A stretch of 37,561 nt of DNA from Octopus sinensis (taxonomy: Eukaryota): the NCBI RefSeq assembly GCF_006345805.1, contig NW_021835900.1:1-37561 (forward strand), in the 5' to 3' direction. Under the pieces are notes generated by a model. It did no database searches and was not told the DNA's origin. It worked only from the letters and a program-made list of their open reading frames with translations. This document shows, piece after piece, positions 12,114 through 23,559 of the stretch (position 1 is its first letter; every line of letters starts with the position of its first letter). A program made the position numbers and the translations under genes.

Positions 12114-12774
12114 TCTGTTTAGCTATCATTTACACATATTCCCCCCCACTCTCTCTCTCTTTCACTATCTCTGCCTTATCCCTAATTCTCTCTCTGTCTC
12201 TCTCTCGCTTTCTCTCTCTCTCTCTATCCTTCTATCTTTCTCTCTATCCTTCAGTCTCACTCTACTCGTTTCACGTTGATTCTTTAATTTACAATCAACC
12301 AATCAGAAACCTCAATTGATACATCTATCCACCCCCACCCTTCTTCCCCCTCCACCACCCATAGAATCCCCTCTATCTACTACTATACTACTAACTGACT
12401 CTACAAGTATATACATATATACATATATATACATACATACATATATATACATATATATATATATATACATATATATATATCACTATTGTCTACAGCACCC
12501 TATCAGTTCGCTTATCAATCAATCTTCCACCTGTCTATCTATCGATCAATCGATCTGCATACCTATTTATATAATTATTTGTCTAACTACCTACCCGCAC
12601 GTATTTAACTGTCGGTCTACCCATCGACCTACGACACCCTCCCTGCATACCTCTCCAAGTAGCACCTACTTAGATATCTCTGTAAAATATTCTATCTGCA
12701 TGCAAATCTATCTATATATATATCTATCTATCTATCAACTTACAATCATCCATTCTAACTTATCCCTTATATAT

Positions 12775-12809
<35 letters not shown>

Positions 12810-13385
12810 CTTACTTTCATACATACACTCTTACACACCTACCTACCTACCTACATACATACATACATACATACACACTTACCTATCTGCGTATCTACCA
12901 ACGCACCCAACTGCATTTCCTAGCTACCTGAATACCTACCCACCTATCTCCCCCTCCTTCTCACTCTCTCACCCCTCATATACATACATATACAATTATA
13001 TATATATATATATATACACACACATATATAGATATACACACACACACATATATATATACACATACACACACACACACATATATATATATATTTATACACA
13101 TACACACACATATATATATACATACACATACCATATATATATACATATATATCTTATATTCATATATACGTACATACATTGCATATATACATACTCTGTG
13201 ATATATCATTATACGTACCTCCCCACCCACCCTCCTAATTACCTATGCAAACATTAATATAACACATCTATTCATCCATCCATCGATCCATCGATCCATC
13301 TATCAATCTATCTGTCTATCCTTCTGTCTATCTCTATTCCTCTCTCTCTTTCTCCATCTATCTATTCATCTATCTAACTATCTAT

Positions 13386-13467
<82 letters not shown>

Positions 13468-13478
13468 GTCTGTCTATC
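11835..13478. repeat. Compound microsatellite region ((CA), (CT), (TA), (TACA), (TATC))
   Basis: Successive simple repeats with little unique sequence. Confidence 0.85.
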
Positions 13479-13608
13479 CATCTCGTTGCGACCGAGTGAA
13501 CACTTTACATCCTGCATCGCTGAATGACCAATATTTTTCCCTTGACGGATTCCAGCCACATGCCTAGACGCTGCTGATATGACAAGCGCAGCGAAGTTCA
13601 TATTACCG

Positions 13609-13624
13609 ACAAGAGGGGGCGCTC
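13609..13624 (+). promoter_or_regulatory. Candidate CTCF-binding motif
   Basis: ACAAGAGGGGGCGCTC versus the consensus-type CCACCAGGGGGCGCTA, in a CpG-containing unique island. Confidence 0.4.
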
Positions 13625-13721
13625 GCTGTTGAGGTGTTTCCCAAACACACACAACATATGTTTGAGATAAAAGTTGCTATATTCCAATAACTAAGCAGTA
13701 AGGACAGGCAAGCATCTACGG

Positions 13722-13749
13722 ATGATCATTAGCTATATATGGACGCTTG
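13722..13749 (+). CDS. Candidate first coding exon end (MIISYIWTL + 1 nt, phase-1 donor), unknown product
   Basis: ATG at 13722 follows an in-frame TAA (13692-13694). The peptide is hydrophobic, and TTG|GTGAGT gives a donor at 13750. No homology recognised. Confidence 0.3.
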
Positions 13750-14054
13750 GTGAGTGTACACTTTCCCTAGTTTAACACTGAAATCTTCATTTAAATATTT
13801 TGCTTCTAAAAATTATTGTTGTTGTTGTTGCTGCTGCTGCTGCTATTGTTGTTGTTGTTGCACGAATATAAATAATATTGTTTCTGGTGTTGATGAGATG
13901 TATTTAAAAAAGAAATTATGAAAGTAGCTAATTAATTCTATTTTATTTTATTATTTTTTTCTTTCAATGCTAATTGTATTTTTTAATGATAATTGCGTTT
14001 ATTACATTATTAGGAAAATAACTTAAACAATATTTTTACAAAAACTAATGTATT

Positions 14055-14249
14055 ATTATTATTGTTGTTATTATTATTATCATTATTGTTATTATTATTG
14101 TTATTATTGTTATTATTGTTATTAGAGTTTTACATATATATACATCTACAAATATATAACTATATTTATCTCTCTATCAATCAATCTACATGTATATACA
14201 TATATATATATATGTATATATGTATATATTATGTATATATATATATATA

Positions 14250-14297
<48 letters not shown>

Positions 14298-14298
14298 C

Positions 14299-14329
<31 letters not shown>

Positions 14330-14445
14330 ATATATATATATGTATAATATATATATATATATATATAATATATATATATAATATATATATATACATAATA
14401 TATATTTTTACACACACACACTCACGAACACACACACACACCAAG

Positions 14446-14497
<52 letters not shown>
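14055..14497 (+). repeat. (TTA/TTG)n, degenerate (TA)n and (CA)n
   Basis: Directly visible. Confidence 0.9.
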
Positions 14498-14500
<3 letters not shown>

Positions 14501-14716
14501 TATTACGATTGAACTTACGAAAAGAGGGTAAGAGTACTCAATAAAAAAAGACATTGTGAAGCGGTATATTATACTCCTTACATTGGTGAGGATACTCACT
14601 GATGCTACTCGTAGTTTTGCGATTCTTCACTAATGACGTTCACCAGCGAAACATCATAAGAACCGCGTTTTAGTATCAGAGAGGGAATCCCAGAACCAAA
14701 ATAAGCTATATATATA

Positions 14717-14747
<31 letters not shown>

Positions 14748-14830
14748 CTGAGGGGGAGGAGTTGTGTATGTGTGTGTATATTTTTATGTGTGTGCGCGCG
14801 TACCTGCTCGCGCTTGTATATGTATGTATA

Positions 14831-15240
14831 CAGGAGTGGCTGTGTGGTAAGTAGCTTGCTAACCAACCACATGGTTCCGGGTTCAGTCCCACTGCGTGGC
14901 ATCTTGGGCAAGTGTCTTCTGCTATAGCCCGGGGCCGACCAATGCCTTCTGAGTGGATTTGGTAGACGGAAACTGAAAGAAGCCTGTCGTTTATATGTAT
15001 ATGTATATATATGTATGTGTGTGTTTGTGTGTCTGTGTTTGTCCCCCTAGCATTGCTTGACAACCGATGCTGGTGTGTTTACGTCCCCGTCACTTAGCGG
15101 TTCGGCAAAAGTTACCGATAGAATAAGTACTGGGCTTACAAAGAATAAGTCTCGGGGTCGATTTTCTCGACTAAAGGCGGTGCTCCAGCATGGCCGCAGT
15201 CAAATGACTGAAACAAGTAAAAGAGTAAAAGAGTAAAGAG
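14831..15240 (+). mobile_element. Family B CORE-like SINE, full length, well preserved
   Basis: Boxes A and B, GGCATCTTGGGCAAGTGTCTT, internal TA/TG repeat, 3' stem-loop CAGTC-aaat-GACTG (15197-15210), tail (TAAAAGAG)n. Confidence 0.9.
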
Positions 15241-15941
15241 TATATATATATATATATATCTATATATATATATATATTCATTCCTTATTCAGTTATACAA
15301 AATTTCCAGAGCTATTCATTTCTGTTCAATATATATATTTTGTGAGTGATTTTTTTTTTCCATTTTATTTATTCCTTTAATTATTTGTTTGTCTGCCTGT
15401 TGTTGCACGTAATGCAGTGCTCCAGCTTGGCTGCAACTCATTGACTAAAACCGTCAAAAGAGTAAATGGATATCACTTCAGCAGATCTGAAAGATGAAAG
15501 GAAGCTTATAGAATAGAAGTTTGAGGTCACGGTTCATCATGCTGCCATTAATATTACGAGTTCAAATCATCTGGAAGTCGTACTTTCCTTTTGTTCTTAC
15601 TGGGTTTCTTTTGTTCCTTTTATACGTACGACCCTAGGTAGTCTTATCCTTATAATAGCTACGCAATATTCTTTGAAGTTCTTACCTAACAAGACCGGTG
15701 AAGGAACTAAAGCATAAAGGGCCAACGGCAGAGTTCCTACTTTCACAACACGTAAGGAATACAGTTTAGCACGGTGAGGGCGGCGTGGGTCTAAAGGTAG
15801 AAGAGGGTTATGGAAATGTAAGGGAAATATGAGAAGGTATTGGGAACGTTGCTAAATTGTTATAATTTCGGTTTTTTAACATGACCTACCTGATCAAAGG
15901 TGTATTGCATAGGTGACCACCTCGTCTTTTATTGGAAAATA

Positions 15942-16099
15942 GGCGTGGCTGTGTGGTGAGAAGCTTGCTTCACAACCACATGGTTCCGTGTTCAGTTCCA
16001 TTGCGTGGCACCTTGGCCGAGTGTCTTCTAGTATAGTCTCGGAGCGACCAAATCCTTGTGAGAGGATATGGTAGACGGAAACTGAAAGAAGACCGTTGC

Positions 16100-16166
<67 letters not shown>

Positions 16167-16655
16167 AATCTATCTATCTATCTGTCTGTCTGTATTTCTG
16201 TATCTGTCTTTCTGTCTGCATTCGTTACCCATCATCGCTTGACAACCGGTGATGGTGTGTTTACGTCCCCGTAACATAATGGTTTAGCAAAAGAGACCGA
16301 TAAAATAAGGGTTAGGCTTACAAGAATAAGTCCTGGGGTCGATTTATTGGACTAAAAAACCCCTTGAAGACGGTTTTTATATATATATATATATATAAAT
16401 GCGGGGAGAGCATTCTTGTGTGTGTGTGTGTGTGTGTGTGTGTACATGTGTGTTTTTGTCTGTGTCTGAATCCACCCCGCCCACACACCCCGCGCCGGTT
16501 CAAAGCTTTTTGGGCTTCTTTATGTTCCCACTAACGAAGCTGTCCGGCAATAAAGATCGACAGAATAGAAAAGGACTGTGAACGATTTGGTCGACCCAAA
16601 TCCCTGCGAGGCGGTGCTCCAGCATGGCTGCAGTTCACTGATTGAAATTAATAAG
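15942..16655 (+). mobile_element. Family B SINE with (TATC)n core, followed by a second diverged 3' half
   Basis: Head at 15942 and first 3' half to ~16372. A second 3' half at ~16445-16655 ends ggcggtgctccagcatggctgcag. Confidence 0.8.
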
Positions 16656-16854
16656 AAATTATATGTGTGGGGGTAGTGGCGGAGGATTGCATAATTTTCT
16701 GATGATATCTTCCTTCTTTAAAGACAGTGTGTCATCTGCCGGAGGTTTAGCTTCTGTTTCTAGCATATTGAACAACTACAACGACATGGTATACGTAGCT
16801 GGCTCACAAAAATCTGATGGTTGTTGTTGTTGCTGTGGCTGTTGTTGTTATTGT

Positions 16855-17090
16855 TGTATTGGTGGCGCTTAACTCCCAAGTCGGCCTCAATCAACGGTCT
16901 TATAAGCAAATGTATTCCAACTATGACCATCACGTTTGTTATTATTTTGTTTATATACATACCAGGCATAGCATATCTTGGACTAAATTATCTAACATAC
17001 TTTTCGCTTTCTTTTACTGATATGTTAGTTGTATGATAAATGACTTTTTTGGCTGCTGTTTCTAGCGACCCCGTATGATGTCCCTAAGCA
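16855..17090 (-). mobile_element. Old degenerate SINE-like repeat (family D)
   Basis: Minus strand gctagaaacagcagccaaa...ttagataatttagtcc...atggtcatagttggaa...(AAC)n tail. The motifs are shared with 17335-17420(-), 26770-26935, 29925-30105 and 30995-31990(+). Confidence 0.55.
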
Positions 17091-17172
17091 GCTTAAAGTG
17101 TAAAAATAATATTTTGGTTTTGTGGGAAACGGAAGGAAACGAAATGGTTGCTGTAAAGTTTGTTCATATAGA

Positions 17173-17265
17173 AATGATGATGATGATGATGATGATGGCG
17201 GCGACGAGGGCGAAGGCGGTGGCGACGACGATGACGAAGACAATGACGGTGAAAACGACAATGAC

Positions 17266-17307
<42 letters not shown>

Positions 17308-17330
17308 AATTATGATGATAATTATGATGG
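17173..17330 (+). repeat. (GAT)/(GAC)/(GGC) triplet repeat
   Basis: Directly visible. Confidence 0.9.
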
Positions 17331-17479
17331 GGTTGTTGTTGCTTAGCCCCAGGTCGGTTATGAATAATCGGCGTACTGATCAAAGATGTTCCAGCTCTGG
17401 TGATTTTCCCCTCTGTTTAACCGTTTCCTTTTTAAACGATAGTTTTCCGTTTGAGAAATCAATTCTCGGGTCAGACTAA

Positions 17480-17640
17480 CGCCTAGAGTTTCTCACGTTG
17501 GTTTCAGGTAGATTTCATTTGCCTGTGCGGTGCATACATATAGAAGGTCTTCAAGAAACGGTGGACGAAAGCCAGTATATCGGTCAGGACTCTGAAAAAT
17601 CCAGGGAAGAACACTTGAATATCTTTCTCGTCCCTGCCTA
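17480..17640 (+). mobile_element. Highly decayed RTE-type ORF2 fragment
   Basis: Frameshifted DFICLCGAYI / KKRWTKASISVRTLKNPGKNT*IS resembles the RTE segment F.YLGS.I...RRI.KAS.AF..L..IW....IS. Confidence 0.4.
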
Positions 17641-18315
17641 AAAGAGGAAAAAGAAAGATTTTATAACGACCTATTATTATTTTCCAGAGCAATTTCCACT
17701 TTCAGGGCCCAAAATTCAGTCTTGTTTCTCTTTGTACAACAGGGGCCTTGTACATACATGAGTAGTTTAAATGAATTCAAGAATGTCTCAGTTGTTAAGA
17801 AGTTTGCTCCTCGATCAAAACAGTCTGTGATTAAAAACCAATGTTAGTTTGCATACGCATCACTTACCTATCGGTTCAGTAGAAAGTAACCGATAGAATA
17901 ATACGTCGTAGACGTATAACAAAAATGATTACGGGAGTCGATTGGTTCGACTAAATACTTCGAGGCGGTGCCCAAGCACAGCTGCGGTCCAATGGTTAAA
18001 GCAAACAAAAGATTTAAGAGATTCGATGCACCTATATATACCTGCATGAATTCTCAGACAATCTCATAGTACTAAGCTCTCTCTCTCTCTCTCTCACACG
18101 CACTCTCTCCCTCTCTCTCTCTCTCTCTCCTCAGCTTACATGAACATTCGTTGTTGTATTACAGCACAAGTAACTGAGCCTTCCAAGACAAGGGCCATGC
18201 TTGAGTAGTTTAAATGAATTCAAGAATGGCTCAGTTGTTAAGAAGTTTGTTCCTCGATCAAACGGGTCTGAGTTTAGTTCAGCTACGCGTGATTTTCAGC
18301 ATGTGTATTTTTATC

Positions 18316-18603
18316 CCATACATGTTCAGATCAGACGAAGGAAATGGAGATGGATCGGACAGACACTGCGGAAAGAACCCTCAAATGTGACACGACAAGC
18401 ACTTGACTGGAACCCGCAGGGGGAAAGGAAGGGAGGAAGCTCGAAGCAGACATGGAAGCGGAGCATTTTGGACGAGCTCAGGACCACCGGCCTGACATGG
18501 GAAGCACCCAAGAAACACGCCAATAAACGCAAAAAGTGGAAAACAACTCTTGAGGTCCTATACTTCACAAGGGGCAAAAAGGATTAGGAAAGGAAGGAAG
18601 GAA
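18316..18603 (+). mobile_element. 5'-truncated RTE-clade LINE 3' end with TSD, inserted in a degenerate family B SINE
   Basis: QIRRRKWRWIGQTLRK...TRQALDWNPQGERKGG..KQTWKR...GLTW...W is a typical RTE ORF2 C-terminus. Stop at 18587, (GGAA)n tail, direct repeat GTATTTTTATC at 18305-18315 and 18604-18614. Confidence 0.9.
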
Positions 18604-19319
18604 GTATTTTTATCTTAACCTAGTGTGACTCGGTCTTTGTGATGAAAATTGGATTGAAAAAATCTGTGAGGGCACCTTTTAGATGGGTTACACATAAAAG
18701 TTAGAAGACTGAAAGCAGAGTAACGCTTTAATATGACGATTGCATTCAATGAGTAAACGTCTACAACCGTGGCTGAACGGTTAAGAACTTTACTCCGCAA
18801 ATATGAGTTCCGTGTTCAATTCTACAACGTCGTATCTTGGGTGTGTGTATATTACCAGAAACTCGGATGGACATGCCTCATGATTTCAGCTGGCAAAGCA
18901 TAAACTGTGTAAAAGCTCATCAGCTGGACTTTATCTGTACTACAAAGGCCCAATACTGTCACGCTGCATCAGTCGAGTTTGCTCAGAAAATATGTTAAAA
19001 GGACCCTGCAGTGCCTCGTTAAGGCATGGTCTTGGAAGCTGTCAAGCGATCGCACGGATTTAGAAGACGCTTGCCTATTTATGCCGCGACTTGACGTCAA
19101 TAAACAGAGTATTGTTCTGCCCAACGACCTAAAAATGCTGTACAGACGGCCTTGTCTTCGAACGTTCAGTTGTTTGTACTGTGATACAAAGATGTCTGTT
19201 CATGTAAGCTGAGAAAAGAGAGCTTAGTTATACACAGTAGCTCTCTGGGGCTGTCTGAGAATGCATGCAGGAGTCTATATGCATGGATATATGCATACAG
19301 GAGTCTATATATGCATCGA

Positions 19320-19700
19320 ATCTTTTGCATCTTTTATTTGCTTAGCCATTGGACTGCAGCTATGCTTGGACGCCGCGTCGAAGTCTTTAGTCGAACCAAT
19401 CGACCCCAGCATTCATTTTCGTTATATGACTACGTCGTATTATTCTATCGTCTACTTTCTGCGGAACCGCTAGGTAACAGAGGCGTATGTAAATTAACAT
19501 TGGTTGTTAATCACACAGGGTGGGACAAACACACACGCACGAACACACATACACACACATACACACATGCACACACAGGACATTGGCGGGTCCAGGGCTA
19601 TAGGAGATACGGGCCCAAGATGCAGTGGATATGTAGTTGCAAAGCGGGATTCTTAACTACACAACCATACATGCGCAAACATATATGTGTGTGTGTATGA

Positions 19701-19736
<36 letters not shown>

Positions 19737-19890
19737 GAATTAGAGGAGAGAGAGGGAGCGAGCGATGTCCTCAATTGGTTGACCTGGGATTGTACTAGAA
19801 GACACCGGCCCAAAGTCCTGCGCAGTGGTTATGCTAAACCGAAAACCACGTGGTTCAATCCGACTTCCTTAAATCAGGGAACCGTGCCTG
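19320..19890 (-). mobile_element. Diverged family B SINE(s) with internal CA/GA repeats
   Basis: 3' end ...cattggactgcagctatgc..., head remnants at ~19600-19670 and ~19785-19890. Confidence 0.6.
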
Positions 19891-20019
19891 CGCAGTGATA
19901 CATATAAACATACATACATACATTCATACATTCATACATACATTCATACATACATACATACTTACACAGATACACGCAAACACATACACACACACACAAT
20001 GCGTGAGGGGACGACGAAA

Positions 20020-20235
20020 TATCATATGAATGTGCAACCCTGCAAAATATTGTTCTAAGAAAACGTGGCAAGACTCCTCTCTCCATACTACTGATATGCT
20101 TCCAAGGCTACAGCTGCCATCTTGGATCGATACAGCTCAACCCCAGCGTTGACTCAGGTTTGCTGTCACACCTGAAAGAAGTAGAACGGGTTCCACCTGG
20201 TATCTCTCCCGGCCCTCTACAGTTCCGCCAATCCA
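20020..20235 (+). mobile_element. Possible decayed CR1/L2-type reverse transcriptase fragment
   Basis: LPSWIDTAQPQR / DSGLLSHLKEVERVPPGISPGPLQF resembles W...L..R.QRV..NG..S....V.SGVPQGSVLGPLLF; frameshifted. Confidence 0.35.
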
Positions 20236-20658
20236 CGGCACTAGATCGGGACACAATTTTATGACATCCTAAAGGATAAAAGAGAAAATTAATCCAGACA
20301 AGATTTGAACTCAGATCCAGCGCTGGGTTAACCATTTAACCAAATAAGCACATGCTTAGAGCATCAAGGAAAGTGGTGGTGGTTGTGGTGGTGGTGGTGG
20401 TGGTGGGACTACAGAAATGGTAAATAGTTTACGGTACAAACAAAAATCACTTTAAACTTGCTGAAATAATATTCGGATTTTATATGATCGGAAATCAAAT
20501 TTCGAAGTGTTCAGGACGTCATAAACTTTCCAATTAAAAAAAAAGTAAGAGAAAATAAAATTTTAAAAAGTGGATGTTCAAAAAAAACTATACATTATTT
20601 TCCACATTACTCTTAGTTTTGTTTTGTTATGAAAAATATAAATTTATTTTATGGTTTA

Positions 20659-21037
20659 TTATTACTTCCACCTTAGCGAAGGTGGAGGTATTGTTTTCAG
20701 TCGTGTTTGTTTGTTTGTTTGTTTGTCCGTGGACAAAATATCTCAAGAACTGCGGGATGGATTCGGATGAAACTTTCAGGGATGTTTGGCCTTATGACTG
20801 ACACAAAGCGATTAAATTTTGGGATCGATGCAGCGTCGGAGAAGGATTCTGGATTATTTTCCCTGTCTTTTTTACTTAATTTTTGACAGTGGTCAGGCTC
20901 ATTTCTAGTAATCTCGTTTGTGAGAGCAGTCGAGTTTATTTCAAGATATTCCCATTTTAAAAATCATCTCTGGCTAATCTTTAAGACGACGTTGGTGTTA
21001 CCTAGGCAGAGGTTTGTGCTCTCTGAGTGTTCCTGTT
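20659..21037 (+). mobile_element. Helentron-associated (HINE/DINE-1-like) element, family E copy 2
   Basis: 5' inverted repeat TCCACCTT-agcg-AAGGTGGA, (GTTT)n, 3' CCTAGGCAGAGGT plus hairpin remnant; colinear with 2135-2502. Confidence 0.75.
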
Positions 21038-21730
21038 GTCTATACTTTGAATAACGTATACATGGACGCATCAAAATCTTTTAAGTATCAAGGACCTCTA
21101 TGGGTCTGAATTGGTCCCTGTTCAGATCACAGTATTTCGTAAAACAGTCACCGCAGGCATTTCATCCAACGCTTTTATGAAACTACCATTTGCGATAGAA
21201 GTCTCATTAAATTACTCCGTAATACGCTAAGAGATACAATTGGGTTCAAATGTCACAGATGAGTTATACTCGTAATTCAACAAGGTTCCATTGTCGCACA
21301 CTGTCTAACACTGACTCTATACGAAAAGTATGTTAAGGGTACGATTATCTTTGGTATATTCAACCACTTTGTGCAGAATTTAGTAAGGAGGTGGCACGGG
21401 GAATTGAATAAGTGGATTATTCGTCGTGGAAACTGACGGACTTTGTATTTTCAGCTTTTTTTTTGTTTTTTGCTTTTATTTTTTTAGGAATGGATATTAA
21501 GAGAAGGATAAGAGAGAGAGAAAAAAAGGGACAGAGAGAGGGAATAAGACGTGAAAGAGGGATATACATAGTATGCGTATATATTAGTAGGGAGAGTAAA
21601 TTGAAAGAAATTATGTAAATAGGAAAGGAGCATAGGAAGAAGAGAGAGAAAGAGAGAGGGAGAGAGAATTAAATTCAGATGGAACATAGTGAAAGATAGG
21701 CAAGTACACACACACACACACACACACACA

Positions 21731-21800
<70 letters not shown>

Positions 21801-22149
21801 GAGAGAGTAGAATAGAGAGAGAGGAAGAGGAAAGGACAAACCGACAGATAAATAGACGGATGGATAAATAGATAGATGGATGGATGGGTGGATAGATAGA
21901 CAGATTGAGAGCAATGGACAGAGAGAGAGAGAGAGATAGTAATATGAATGAATAAATAAAGGAAGGAAAGAAAGAAGGAAGAAAATTGCGAGAAAGAAAA
22001 ACTGAGAAAACTAATGATGAACGGCGTGAGGAAAGAAGGGAGAAAGCGTGAAACAAAGATAGTGAGAAGAATGGAAAGCAACGAAACGAAGAAGAGAGAA
22101 AGTAAGAGATAGTGAGTTTGAGAGAAAGAGGGAGAGAGAGAAAGAGAGC

Positions 22150-22180
<31 letters not shown>

Positions 22181-22269
22181 CGGAATGGGAAACAGAGAAG
22201 AGACAGGATGAGCGGGAAAATGAAACAATTACTGCAGAGTCTTTACACGTCCGTTATTTATTAACGCGC

Positions 22270-22505
22270 ATGTGTGTGTGTATGCGTGTGTGTGTATGTG
22301 TGTGTGTGTATGTGCGTGTGTGTGTGTATGCGCGTGTGCGTGTATGTGTGCGTGTATGTGCGTGTGTGTGTATGTGTGTGTGCGTATGTGCGTGTGTGTG
22401 TGTGTGTGCGTGTGTGCGCGCGCACATACACTCACACACACACACATACACTCACACATACACACACACATACACGCACACGCACATACACACACACACG
22501 CACAT
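22270..22505. repeat. (TG)n abutting (CA)n, a fold-back microsatellite
   Basis: TG-rich arm, central palindrome TGTGCGCGCGCACA (22413-22426), CA-rich arm. Confidence 0.9.
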
Positions 22506-22716
22506 ATTTCTTTTATCTTTAACATGCTTCAGTTGTTGGACTGCGGTCATGCTGCAGCACCGTTTTAAAGAACTTCTAGTTGACCCCAGTAATTATTTTT
22601 CGTAGGCTACGGAAACACAAACAAACCAACATCGGTTGTCAAGCCGTGTGGTTGCAAACAAACATGAATACAAACACACACACACACACATACACACACA
22701 CAGAGGCGGGTACATA

Positions 22717-23540
22717 CAGAGGTAGGCTGAAGATTTCATAACCTGACTATGAAGGAGTGATGCTAGAGGTGTGAAATCTTGCTTGAGTTAATTTTAGCTC
22801 TTCTCATTAATAACAGCGTTATTTCTTGCCAGGTAAACTAACACCTGACTGTTTAAAGAAAACTTCAAAAGTAACCAGAAGCGACTTCTCTATAAAATCG
22901 ACAAAATTTGACATTATGGATTTATCAGGTACATGCCGAAAAACGGTTTAGTCCCTTAGGAATTCATATTGTGATGGTTGCTACATTAGGGGATGGCGCT
23001 CTAGCATTATCGAGGGAGCAGAAGTGGGCAGCTGAATTTAGTAGGGGCAGACAGAGTCTTCAAATGACCCAAGGTTCGGACAACCTGTAATTGGCACCAC
23101 TGAGGAAAACATTGCTAGTGTTGAAGGGAGGCGTTTGGCAATAAATCTAATAGCCAACTATTAGCATATCCCGTACGAGAGTCGAGAATATTCTGCAGAA
23201 TGCATTTGGTGTGACGAAGGGTTCTGTTCAGTGGGAGGCACGTTTTCTGACAATTTGACAAAGGCACACATGACTTTATCTAGGGCACATCCAGCTGGTT
23301 GCTATGTACGTTTCCTAACCGAGATGAATGTTGGATTCATCACTTTGAGCCAGAGATAAAAAGACAAGCCATGCTATAGAAATACCCACTCTTCCCCAAT
23401 GGGGTTGCGGGGCTGCCACGCTAATGGAAGAATGTGTGGACAAAAAGGGGTTGGGGGAAATGTTGAAAAATATACCGCATTTGGTCACATTCCATGAGAG
23501 TATCTTGGTCAGCCTATGAACTTTTCAGTGGACTCTCTTG
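22717..23540 (+). mobile_element. Decayed, internally deleted mariner (Tc1/mariner) transposon
   Basis: TA flanks and imperfect TIRs (..GCTGAAGATTTCATAACCTGAC / GTCAGCCTATGAACTTTTCAG..). Broken transposase: MVATLGDGA...KWAAEFSRGRQSL, VSVQWEARFLT (WVPRLL motif), DECWIHHFEPEIKRQ, and a terminal CVD..G..VEK-like segment. Confidence 0.9.
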
Positions 23541-23559
23541 TATATTATATATATATATA

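Noticed and set aside
14500-14705. Minus-strand exon (..KRGSYDVSLVNVISEESQNYE*; CA|GTGAGT near 14599)
   Set aside because: The frame stops before the donor, the upstream part of the ORF is SINE/microsatellite, and no homology is recognised.
15182-15217. SINE-B 3' end as a hammerhead (stem + GAAAC)
   Set aside because: There is no CUGANGA-like core upstream; a LINE-recognition stem-loop explains it better.
18201-18587. 128-aa ORF as a host gene
   Set aside because: It is a chimera of degenerate SINE sequence and a 5'-truncated RTE ORF2 tail bounded by a TSD.
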